Notes under the pieces: generated by a model
The model's input: only the letters and a program-made list of their open reading frames with translations
What the model was told of the DNA's origin: nothing
The model's database searches: none
Source: Camelus dromedarius
Lineage: Eukaryota
DNA length: 64,000 nt
Assembly (NCBI RefSeq): GCF_036321535.1
Contig: NC_087437.1
Location: forward strand, 115,570,001 to 115,634,000
Reading direction: 5' to 3'
Part shown: positions 12,099 through 24,465 of the stretch, in pieces
Numbering within the stretch: the first letter of the stretch is position 1
Layout: every line of letters begins with the position of its first letter
Program-made: the position numbers and the translations under genes

Positions 12099-15000
12099 TC
12101 ATGATGATTTTTAAAAAATGATTTAATTGTATGATGTGCATTCAACTTTTTACTAGGAAAATTTTAAAAAAAATCTCAAATGCAGGGTAATTGCTTATGA
12201 CTCTTGTCACCTTTGATCTGTGTGAGGCCCTCTTTTTTAATATTTTAATAAAAACTGCTTGTAACCCCTGTTGTCCAACTCAAGATCCTGAACTCCCTCT
12301 GCCATTATCAGCTTCTCTCCCAAGCAAGAGGACGAGTGTGGGTTTGGCATTTGTGGTGAGACCCTGGACTGACGGCCTCAGTTCAGTGACTGTGAATTGG
12401 GGTCCTGGCAGGAGGGTTCTCATCTTCATTGCCCCGTTGAGGAGGTCCCAGTGAGCAGTATGAACTTGTGCTGCTGCCTGTCTAGCCCTTCCTACGCCGG
12501 TGGCTTAGTGTCTTCCAAGGCATTTCTTTGGGGGTGACTGTTTACCTGTGTTGGACTAGCTTAGACTCGGTGTGCTGACTGTGCGGTAGATACTTTGAGC
12601 TGGCGGGGGAGGCTGACCACGCAGCAGATAGCTGTCTAGTAATCAAGCCAGCTTCTGCCCCTCCTACCCCAGTTTTCACTTTCCACCCAGAATGGTACCT
12701 GCTACTTCTGCTGACGTTCCTAGTGTCAGCTTTCAGCTCTGAGTCTTTCTGATACTCCTTTGATTATTGGTGTGATCCTATTAGCCATTTGTCTTGAAGA
12801 AATCTTACAGAACCTTTGGTTCACTGGTATGTCTCCATCCCATGCTTTAAGTTATTGATTTTATTTTTGTGATTCTACTGCTGTGTTGGTGGGTATTATG
12901 GAGGATATGAACAAGTGTGCTCAGTCTATCCAGTGCTCTAGATTTTCTTTTTAACAGCACCCTCCTCCCTCAATTTAGGAAACTGAGCTTCAGGGTGTAG
13001 TATTGGCTCCTTCTCTTGTTGGTAGTCCTAAGGGATTTTTTTCAAGCATTTCTCCAATTGTGGCTATCCTTGGTTCTATTTACCTGGGAATTCTGGTAGT
13101 ATATATTAAGAACTCGGTGGTGGCATTCATGATCCCAATAAAACCTTCCTTCTGCCATCCACCTGTGTAGTACACAACTTAAAGTTGCCCAAGTGAGAAA
13201 CAGCTCTCTTGAGAGTCAACACCTGTACTTCAGTTTCTGCCTTTGTGGCTTTTGGTTTGAGTTGTTTGGAAGCATTGTTTTCTCTGTCCTTGATCTGTCC
13301 ACCTTTTGCGCATTACCTCCTGTGGCCACTCCTTGTTACCTTGGTTTCAGCTGCTTTGCAGGATGGCTGCTTGTCTCAGATGCTTCACACCCAAGCCTCT
13401 TGGAAGTGCATGTTTTATATTGTTCGTTTTTAAAGTCAGACTGACTGTAACCCCTAATTGTGTTATAACCCTAAATCTGTCCACCTGATTTCCCATGACA
13501 TGGAAATTGACAAGAAAATACTTAATGCAGTTTGTATGGGTGAAGATGCTTAAGAAAGATGAAACTATTGCTGTATTTTATTATCTTGATAGGCATAATA
13601 CAAAAAGGGGTTTTAACCCCAAAGTTAATTTGTGGGGATTTTTTTTTTTGGTTTGTTTTAGCAGTGTGAATTAATTTTGATAACATTTAGCTAAATGAAG
13701 GCTTGATTAGTCAGCTAGTAGATTTCCATGATAATTTGATGAGGGAGTAAAGCATACATATTGTGAGTTGAGTGAGAATTCATAGTGTTTTGAGTGCCTT
13801 TTTTGTTTTTGGGAGTGGAAGTAGAGGAAGAGGATGGGACCATTCACCAAATATGAATTAGTTGATCCACAAGAGTAGTGAATAGTCCAAGGATTTAAAA
13901 ATTTATGTCAATAATCCAGTTTTAAATAACCATTTACCTTCTATTTTTACAAGCAGATTGATGAGAAGGAGGAAAAAGCATCAGGATTGCTCTTAAGTTG
14001 GAGGGTATAGACATCTACTGGACTGAATCTTTTGTAAAAGGTGTCCAGCAAAATAGTGTGATGGCAGCCTCACTTTGTAGAATGAGGCATTACAAACCTG
14101 ACCAAAGTAGTTGCTCACAATTTTTTGAATATTTTTTTTCAGATTAGATGGCTTCAAATTAAAAAAGGAAAATGCAGTTTAATTTACTTGCCGTTTTTGA
14201 AAACTCTAAAGCTACTTTGTATTTCTCCCTAAAATACAAAATCATTGGTATGGTGTAATTTGTCATTTGAGATGATCTTGAATGATTTATTGCTTGGCAT
14301 AATGGTATGTTACACATTGAGAGGATAGAGGCTGTTTGTATTTCTTGAGCATCATTCGTTGCAGATGAGAAGTTACCAGTTACATATTCTAAATATGTTT
14401 TTTCTTACAATATAGGGGAGAAAAATGCAACTGAAACACTGGATTTTTAAAAAGTTAATGATTAATTGTATACTTAGAAAACTTAATATTTTCTATACTA
14501 GGAACTCTAAAATATATTTTATGTAATGAAGATTCTAATTTAGTGGGTTAACTATTTTTAAACATTTTAAATGTTTAATTTCTGATTCTAAAAGTAGTAC
14601 TCATTGATACTTTCCTAAAACTCTGCAATTTAAGTAGCTTTTAAAAGAACTGATGATAAACTAAACAACATTTAAATTCATGATGTTTTATCCCAGAGCA
14701 TCTGTCACTAACAGATGATGTTTCCTTGTGTCTCTGGGCCCCGAAGGAAGATAAGAGTGCCAAGGTTTTAATTTTTTTTTCTTCTTCAAGGATGGGAAAA
14801 TTTTGTCATATGAAGAATATTTGAGGTGGACCAGGAAGCAGTCTTTGTTTACATGGAAGATACCTTTTTAACTGCTATAGACTGGAAGACAAGGCTGGAT
14901 TAGGAAACCTTTATCAGTGTGGAGAAAATAAGAGAGGCTTGAACCTGGGAGAAATGACCAAGATATTAAAGATTTATGGGCAAGAGTATGAATGAAATTG

Positions 15001-16754
15001 GCTTAAAAGTCTTTCCCTTTTATTTCTCTTTTTGCCTTTGTCCTTAGGAATTAAATGAGGCTTATAAGGATTCTGAGTAGTTCAAAAACACACCAAAGGA
15101 TATCTAAAGTTTGGAGTAAACCAGAATTGAGTCTTTCATAGAATGGATTAGATGCATGGGGTTAGAGTGATTTTTCAACCCTTTCTTAAGCAAGCCTTGA
15201 TTTTTAGATGCTGTAGTCATATGATGGTGTGGAGAATGATTCTGAGCTAATCTTTAAAAAATATTTATTTAAATATATTTTAATATGAGCAACAAACCAA
15301 GAAACTTACTGGCACTTGACTGATAAAGACTATTCGTGGATACTGTTAGAAGATTATTTGGGAGGACTTTGATTTTCATCTGTAAGGTCTTATGCACTAT
15401 TTTTCTTAAAGTTTAGTTTTTTTGTTTATAGAACAGGGGGTTACTGTTAGATGGTTTTTCAGATTTCTTCCAGCTTTAAAGTTCTTCCCTCTAAGAAGAT
15501 GACTCTGGTTTGGTTTTATTGGACTTTTAAAAATGATTTTCATCCAGAACCTCTAAGTAAGAGAGAACATGAGAAGAAATTAGGAGACAAGTATGTGTGG
15601 TGGGTGCTTAGAGAGGTGGGAAAAGTGGCTTCAGTTTTCGTAAGGGGGGAGATAATTTGCAGTGATAGAGATAGGGCGAACATGTTGTTTTCTTTGAATT
15701 TGATGCTTGAAATCTGCTCTTTGTCTTAATTCAGTATTTTTTTACAAATGCTGGAAGTCTTTCTGGAGACATTTACAGACATTCTGTGAGAAAATATATT
15801 TGAAAATCACTGACTTCTTGGTGTGCGATGGATCTGTACTCCATTTAGAAGGAGATAATTGCTAGGATAGGTGGGACAAGTTGATCTATTTTAAAATAAA
15901 ATTGTATCTTTTATAAAGATACAATTATAAGGCACAAATGGAAACTGTATCTCCTTGACATGTTTCAAAGCATTTCTCTGAATATGTGAGATTAAAGAAA
16001 TTCTCTCAGCCCCTAAGAATTGTCAGAACACTGATGGTCTTTAAGACTGTATTTGTAGCTGTTAGTATGTACTGACAGAGTAGAAAATTTTTTAAATGTT
16101 TTATTCATTATTAGAAATTTTACATATGAATATAATATATTTATATTATGCTCATATCTTGATCTTGGTTGCAAGATATGGTATTGTTTTCTTGGTCTCA
16201 GTTTACATATTCTAAGCTCTCTAGGTTAATAATTAATTTGGGTTTTATGATTTTAAAGTTATTTTTGAAATTATATATTAATGTGTCATAACCAGAAACA
16301 GAATGTTACTTCTCTTCAGTCTGATAAAGCTTGTTTGAGACTTCCAGTGAACCATGCATTCTGATATTATGCCCACCTTTTGTTTAGTCTTTCCGTAATA
16401 GAATAAAAATACTTTTTAGGATTTCTCTAAAATGTAACATTTGAAAATCTATTTGAATGTATAGAAAAACATTTACATAATGCTTGCTTTTGAGTAGGTT
16501 GGGGAAAAAGTTGAAATGTTGATGGCAGCTTCTGTTAGAAAAACTCATAGCCATATAGTAAAAAGTTAAAATTACAAAAAATACACTACATTAGCTGTAT
16601 TCTATGTATATTTCCATTGGATTGCTTGCCCTGGAAAGTGGAATATTGTTCTAATCCTTTACAGTTGCTGTTAATTTTGCTCTAAACCTGAAAGTGTTAA
16701 CAGCAACTTGAAAATGTGACAAAGCTCAATTTCATTTCTTGTTTATTGCTTGTT

Positions 16755-17020
16755 TTCCTATTGGACAATTGGAAGTAGCTCTGCCCTGGCAACTAAAATA
16801 GGCTATTTGCATAACCTAGTTTGATTGGCTAGCCTTCCGACTAACAGTTCCAATCATGTGGTGTTGGTTTAGTGGTAGGCTATGCTAATTAGCTGCTGTT
16901 GCTGGGGTTCAGGATGGTTTCTGTGTGCTGTTCTGCTGCATTGTGTTGCCTGGTGAGAGACATTGATAAATGAGTGTTTAATGATCTGCAGCAGTTCCCA
17001 CTCACTGCGGGCAGGCGGAT
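16755..17020. promoter_or_regulatory. Candidate intronic enhancer or alternative promoter (RFX, NF-Y, octamer and homeodomain motif cluster)
   Basis: CTGCCCTGGCAAC 16781-16793, ATTTGCAT 16805-16812, TGATTGGCT 16822-16830, CCAATCA 16850-16856, GCTAATTAGC 16884-16893, GTTGCCTGGTGAG 16945-16957. No repeat character is apparent. Confidence 0.55.
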
Positions 17021-18529
17021 TTTAGAACAGAAGTGGAAATAGAGATTTAATTGCTTTGTTAAATACCTGTAACCAAAATATGTGTATTAAATTATAAAGG
17101 TTAAATTGTATAAAATCTTTATCTGATTAAGTACCTTATAACAAAAAGGGAAATGTTTTAACTTTGTCTCTAAAATATAACTCATGGAGCAGCACTATGC
17201 ACAGGTTTTCTAAAACTCTTTTCAGTAAAATTGGTCATTTTTTTTTCCAGATCAGAAATAGTACCATTGCAGTAAGTAGCATATTTGATATTTTTATGAT
17301 TTTGACCTTTTATAAAGGTACATGTTTGTTTTTAATAAATTAGTGCAAGCTTTTGGGTAGAATTTATCTTGTACTGCTCCTGGGATCTGGCAGATAGGAG
17401 CGTAACTTGAACCCCCTCCCCTGTTCATGTTCTTCTGTTCAGTTAGAAGATCAAATTGTTATTTACCACCTCTTGCTGTTATTATCTTTCTAATTTAAGT
17501 CAGATGTTTTAACTGTTCTATATTATCTTTGGTTTACATTATGTCTTTGTTGAGGAGATTCTGTAGAAAATTCAAAACTCAGTGCTTTGTTCAAGGAACC
17601 TAAAAGGTGAAGAAACCCATGCAAAGTTAGATAAAAATACAAGACAGCCATGCAGAAAGTGCCATGAGGATTTATTTGGAGGAGTACAGGAAAAAAGAAA
17701 GCACCAGGCTTTTTGAGGATAGGTACATGAGAAATGGGTTAGGCAGTCTGGGAAAGGCTTAATGAAGAAACCCATAGAACTTTGTCAAGGTTTTAAATAT
17801 GACTTAATTAGAATAGTTGGAGAGTAATAGGAAGGAAGAACATTTTAGTGTGTAGAAAAGATAACAGTTGAACAAAAGTAACATTATTGTATTATTCACT
17901 TATCCAGTATAGGTGGTCGCAGTGATTAAGGCTCCAGTGTGTTAGATGTTTCATTGAGCTTCTAAGCCAGCTGGTGTCATTCCCTTAAAATAAGAACTGC
18001 TGTTCTATTGTTCTAGCTCAAATTTTCTTTGGCTTTTCTTCACTTGGTTTTGTGGCAACCAGTTCTCTTCACCTTCTGTGTCTGTTGGTTAAAGCATAGG
18101 AGTTTTAAACTTACTTTCTTCCCTCCCTCTTGGCCCTGAAGCATTGAAATTCAGGATGGCACCAAAAATAATTCTTGTGAATTTTAGATGTCTATATCAA
18201 GTTTTCTAAGACATTTACCCCTTTAATTGTTAGGTCTTTTATTTTAGTGCTGTTAATTACATCTCAGTAAAACTGGGAGAAAAATAAATAAGTAAAACAT
18301 GTACAGAAATGCTTTTATTCATCCACGTAATAAAGGGACATAGACTCCTGCACTCAAGGAATTTATAATTTAATGGACTTCGATGAGATATGTCTTTATA
18401 TAACCGTATCACCACAGTATGTGAAGTGACGGAGTGTCCATGCTACAAGAGAGGTGGAAATTCAGAAGAGGGAGTGATCCTTTTTCAGTTTGCAGTTTTT
18501 TGGTGGAAGTGGTATTTCACTTGGCCTTA

Positions 18530-21500
18530 GGAATGCTTGTTTGTCCTCTGTGTGTCATCTTTGGTGAAGTGTTTGTTCAAATCTTTGTCCACTTTTTTTT
18601 TCTTCTCTTTATTATTTAGTTTTGAGAATTCCTTATCTATCTTGGATAGAAGTCCTTTAGCAGATGTATGATTTGCAAAGATTTATCGTAGTCTATGGCT
18701 TTTCTTTTCATTCTCTTAATAGTGTCTTTAAAAAACAGATGTTTTTAATTTTTATGAAGTCTAATTCATTGATTTGTTCCTCTGTGGATCCTGCTTTTGA
18801 AAAACGTTTGCCTAATTGTCCCCAAGGTCTAAAAGGTTTCCTGTGTTCCCCACCTCCTCCAGATTTTATAGTTTTGGGTTTTACATTTAAGTCTGTGATC
18901 CATTTGGAGTTAATATTTGTAAATGGTGCTGCAAGGCATAGCTAAAAGATCAATTTTTTTTTTTTTTGGTTGCAGGTGGGCTATTTGAAGAAAGGACTAT
19001 GCTTTCTCCACTGAATTACTTTTTAAAATTTCTGTTGAAAATCAGTCTTCCATATGTGTGTGGGTCTGTTTCTGGACTTTCTGTTCTGTTCCATTAATCT
19101 ATTTGTCTTGATGCCAATACCATATTGTTCTTACTACAACCAGCCTTGTAATAAGTATTGAAATCTGGTAGTGGTAGTATTAGTCCTACAATCTTCTTCT
19201 TTTTCAAAATTGTTAGGACTTTTCCAGGTCCTTTGTGTTTCCATGTGAATTGGCAAGTCATTTTGTCAATTTCTACAAAGAAACCTACTAGGCTGTGGAT
19301 TGGGATCGTGTTGAATTTATAGATAATTTCATAGGAAGAATTGACATCTTAACAATATTGATTCTTCAGACTCATGCTTATTGTGTAGCTTTCCCTCTAT
19401 TTAGATTTTTGATTTTTCTAACTTTTTAATTTTAAGTATATAAGTCTTGCACATCTTTTGTCAGATTTATAAAAGTATTTCATTCATTTGAAACCTTTGA
19501 AAATGGTTTTTAAGCTTCAGTTTCTGACTGTGGTTGCTAGTATGTAAACTACAACTGATTTTCTTGTATTGAGCTTGTATTCTGCAACCTTGCTTAAAAC
19601 CCTTGGTGAGTCTCATAGCTTTTTGTGGATTCCATCAGATTTCCCGCAGGGATGATCCTGTTGTCTATGATGAGAGACAGCTTTGCTTCTTTTCCAGTTT
19701 GCTTACCTTGTATATCTTTTCTTGCATTACTGCACTGGCTACTCCACGGAATGTAGAATACATATAGAACACAGTGTTGAATAGAGGTGGTGAAAAGAAC
19801 ATCCTTGTCTTTTCCTTTATTTTAGAGAGGGAAATGTTGCATCACCACTAAGTATGATATTAGCTGTGGAGTTTCTGTCAGTGTCCTATATCAGACTGAG
19901 GAAAATGACTTCTATTTCTAGTTTGCTGAAAGTCTTTTCCTTTTTTGATCAAGAATAGTTTTAAAATTTCGATTATCGTATGATTGGGTTTTTTGTTTAG
20001 TTAATTTGATGAATAATGTTGATTTCTGAATATTAAACTGATACTGCATTTGGGTACACTGCCCTTTTTTAAAAGATTGTTAGATTCCGTTTACTACAGT
20101 TTTGTTTAGAATTTTTGCATCTTATGTTTATGAAGATACTGGGGTTTCTTTCATTGAGTTTTCTCTTTTCTATTTTGTTCATTTCTACTCTGGATGCTAG
20201 TTATTTTCTTTATTCTGTTGACTTATGATTTCATTTGCTTTTGTTTTCCCTAGTTTATTAAGGTAGAAAACAGAAGTCACTGATTTCAGAACTTCTTTTT
20301 TAATAGAGGTGTTCAGTGCTATAATTTTCTACCTAAGTATTGCTTTCACTGTATCTCCCAAATATCAATATAATGTATTTCATTTTCTTTCAGTTCAGAA
20401 TACTTTTAATTTGCTCTTTGATATCTTCTTTGAGGCACAGGAATTTAGAAGTATGTCATTAAGTTTCTAAGCATTTGGGGACTTTTTCCATATATCTATA
20501 TTGCTTTCGAGTTTAATTTTATTGTCATCAGAGAACATATTTTGTATGACTTGATTCCCTTTAATTTATTGAGATTGGTTTTATGACCCATAATGTGGTC
20601 TATCTTGGTAAATGTGCTGTGTTGCTAGAAAAGACTGTTCAGCTCTTCTATGGTGGAGTGTCATCTAAATGTCAGTTAAGTTCATGGATAGTATTGTTCC
20701 TGTATCCTTACTGATTTTCTGTCTGCTTGTGCTATCAATTATTGAGATAAGGATATGAAATTTCTTAATATAATTGTTTATTCTTGCAATTTATAATTTC
20801 TTTTGCTCCAGGTATTTTAAAACTCTTTTAATAGGTGCATACCTATTCAGGATGAATATATCCTCTTGATTTGATGCTCTTATCATTATAAAATGACCTT
20901 CATTCCTAGTCACATATATTCCTTGAGTTGCAGAATACTTTGTTTCATATTAATATAGCCATTCCATTTAATTTTGATTAGTGTTAACATGATACATCTT
21001 TTTTCAACCTTTTATTTTTAATGTATTAATGTCTGTATTTGAAATGTGTCTTTTATAGGCAGTATATAGTTGAGTCTTGCTCTCCCCCACCCCCCCAAGT
21101 CTGAAAATCCCTGCCTCTCAATTGGGGTATTTGCTTTTAATGTGATTATTGATAAGCTTGTTTCAATCAAACTCCTATTTATTTTCTCTTTGTCCTCTCT
21201 GTTCTTTATTCCCCCTTTCCTCTTTTTTTCTGTCTTTTTGGATTAAATGAATATTTTTTATGATTTAATTTTTCTTCCTTGTTGACTTACTCATTTTAAC
21301 TCTGTTAATTTAGTGGTTACTTTTTATCTGGTAACAGTCTACTTTCAAATACTACTACTAAATCACCTCACATTCAGCATATTGACCTCACTGTAATACA
21401 CTTTCATTTATCTTTTACTGGTCTTTTTACTGCTTTTTCAAAGGTTTACTTTTATGTATGTTAGAAACCCCACACTACCTTATTTTTGTTTAAGCAGTTA

Positions 21501-22990
21501 ATAATCTTTTAATGAAACTTAACTAATTAGAAACACTATGGCACGTTCACCCGTGTGCATTTACCTTTTCTGCTGTTCTTCATTTGCTTGTCTAGGTCTT
21601 ATTTCCATCTGGTCTCATTTTCCTTCATCCCCAGTACTTCCTTTTACATTTTTTAATAGTGTAGGTTTGCTAGTGACACATTTTCTCACCTTTCGTATAC
21701 CTGAAAATGTTTGTATTTTATTTCATTTCTGACATATTTTCATTGGGCAAGAAATTCTAGTGACACTTTTTTCTTTCAACAATTTAAGATGTTGCTCCAT
21801 TGTCTACTGATTTGCATTTTTCTTTCAAGAAATCTTACTTAATCCTTATCTTTGTTCCTTTAATATATAATGTCCTTTTTTGTTCTGACTGTTTTTTAAG
21901 ATTTTTTTTTTTATCATTAAAAGCATGTTGAACTTTTGTATCTGTAGGTTTGTAGTTTTTATCAAATTTGGAAAATTTCTGACTTTTTTCAAAATTGTTT
22001 CTGTTCACCCTCTCCTGTCTATTAGGAACTTTAGTTACGTGTGTATTACATTATTTAAGATTGTCCCAGAACTCAGTGAATGTCTATTAATTTTATATTT
22101 AACCTCTCTCTCTTCTTATGTTTTATTTTTTCTGTTTTGACAACCAGTTTCAAGTGTTGAATAGTCAGTTGGAATTTATTGCTGTGTCTTCAAGTACACT
22201 CATCTGTTTTTCTGCACTATCTAATGTATTTTTAATCTTATACTTTGTAGTTTCCATTTGTACAAGTTCAATTTTTGTGTCTCTTAAAAAATTTTGCACA
22301 ACCCTCCTTACCTATTTGGATGTATGGAATATAGTTATAATAATAACTCTTTTAATGTCCTTGCCTGCTAACTGTAACAGCTTTGTCAAGACTGGATCAA
22401 TTTCCATTGATTGATTTTTTTCTCATTATAGGTTATGTTTTCCAGTTTCTGCATGTGTAGTAATTTTGATTGTGTGCCAGACATTAGTGAATTTTTACCT
22501 TGTTGAATGCTGTGTAGTTTTACATTTCTATACATTTTCTAGACCCTTTTCTGGGACCTTTAGGTTACTTGGAAATAATTTGATCTTTGGAGTTATACTT
22601 AAGATTTTTTATGTGAGATCAGCACAGTGTTGACTCTTGTTAATTTTTTCTTAAACATTTTTTATTGATTTATAATCATTTTACAATGTGTCAAATTCCA
22701 GTGTTCAGCACAATTTTTCAGTTATACATGAACATATATATATTCATTGTCATGTTCCTTTCTCTGTGAGCTACCATGAGATTTTGTGTATATTTCCCTA
22801 TGCTATACAGTATAATCTTGTTTATCTATTCTACAATTTTGAAATCCCGTCTGTCCCTTCCCACCCGCCGCCCCCTTGGCAACCACAATTTTGTATTCTA
22901 TGTCTATGAATCTGTTTCTGTGTTGGCTCTTACTGTTCCTCACTACTGAGAAGATACTACCCAATGTAGTTTGTTTAATGCTCTCTAAAT
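18530..22990 (-). mobile_element. Long decayed L1M element, antisense, interrupted by a younger L1 fragment
   Basis: Antisense ORF2 hallmarks (gatgtatgatttgcaaa, gtctgtgatccatttggagttaat, gaattgacatcttaacaatattga, gtattctgcaaccttgct), followed by endonuclease- and ORF1-like sequence. Confidence 0.85.
22639..22919 (-). mobile_element. Young L1 3'-end fragment, same family as 11876-12098, with an imperfect 12-bp TSD (GTGTTGACTCTT / GTGTTGGCTCTT)
   Basis: Shares ttgatttataatcattttacaatg...caaattccagtgt...tgctatacagtataatcttgtttatct with the first copy. Flanks at 22627-22638 and 22920-22931. Confidence 0.85.
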
Positions 22991-22999
22991 CTTACTGCT

Positions 23000-23325
23000 C
23001 CCCAGGCTGATTGGTGTGTATGTTGCCTAGCTTCTGGTAGTTTGCTGGTAATCTTTGGCCTGCCTTGACCTCTGCTGCAATCGCCCTGATCTCTGTCTTC
23101 ATCTTCCATGGTGTTCTCCCTGTGTGCCTGTCTCTGTCCAGATTTCCTCTTTTTACAAGGACATCAGCCATACTGGATTAGGGCCCACCCTAATGACCTT
23201 ATCTTAACTCATTACATCACAATGACCCTATTTTCAAATAAGGGCAGTTCCAAATAAAGTCATATTCTGTGGTGCTTGAGGTTAGACTTTAACATGAATT
23301 TTTTGTGGACTCAGTTAACCCTTTA
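23000..23325. mobile_element. ERVL-MaLR MLT1-type LTR fragment
   Basis: Characteristic stretch: acaaggacatcagccatactggattagggcccaccctaatgacct...gaccctattttcaaataag. Confidence 0.8.
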
Positions 23326-24309
23326 CCTGTCCCCTCCTCCAGTGGTGTTTCCTGAACATACCACTTTGATGCTTCTTACTCATGTTCTTCCTATATCTTG
23401 GAATGCCCCCTTTTCCTTTCCTTTGCTTGTATTGTCTTAATTAAAAACCACCTACTAATCAGAATTAATGTCTATTTACCTTTTAATGTAAATATTTATG
23501 TGGCTGTTTCTTAAACATTCTTGCAACATTTTTGAAGACATGGAGAGGACTCATTTTTGGAATCATGCCCCAGTTCTTTCTTCCCTCCCCAAAACCACCT
23601 GTAATGCTTTATAACTAGTGGTTACTTGAATTGAATATATTAACGAGTGTGTCAGAGCAAACAAGTTGTAGGTATGAGACATTTTACAAATGATTTATAA
23701 CTTAAGGAAGGATTGGAGTCTGGAGTCATGGAAGTGATTGTAGTGAGCCTGGTGTGCATTAGTTTATATTAAACCAATACTGAGCCTACTAGATACAGAA
23801 CCCTTTACTATGTATTAGGAATAGATAAACCTGTGAAAATTACAGAATCTGCCTCTGTTCTCATGGAACTTACTGTCTATGAACAGTTAAGAGGTAAAAG
23901 AACAGAGAAGATGGGCATGAAGGAATTTTTTAAGGAACCCTAGGCAGAACTTAGAGAATGAGTCATGCAAGGTGGAGGGTGAAGGAGCATTAGAGAAGCG
24001 TGGTGTTAAGCCTGGACGAGTGGGAGAGTGTTGCTGGTGGAGATGGCAGGTCAGGAAAGGCATCCTTTGAGGTGGGGGGCGGGCAAGTTAGTTTGCTTTT
24101 GGATAAAGAAGTAGAACCTCGAAGTAGAAAATGCCAGAATGAATAGTGAATTGATAGATGTTGGTCTTGCTCTACCACGAAAGGAGAGAGAGCTTGAGCA
24201 GCCCCCTCGGGGGGGGCTGACAGTGGTCGACAGCAGAACTTTTCTGGGCCGGTGCTGTTCTGAAAATGTTTGAAGGAAGAGTGAAAGGGCTAGAGAACTG
24301 GGAGGTGAT

Positions 24310-24465
24310 AATATGACGCTCATTTCTCTCTTACTAGTGAGGAAGCTAGGGCACAGAAAGTTAAGAAAGGTGCCCAGGGATGCAGCTGGTAAGTGGTGGA
24401 GCTGGAATTCAAACCTGGACATTGTGGTTCAAGGGTCTGTGCTTTTAGCACTACTCTATGCTGTC
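24310..24465 (+). mobile_element. MIR SINE
   Basis: gaggaagctagggcacagaaagttaag...gcccaggg...gctggaattcaaacct. Confidence 0.75.
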
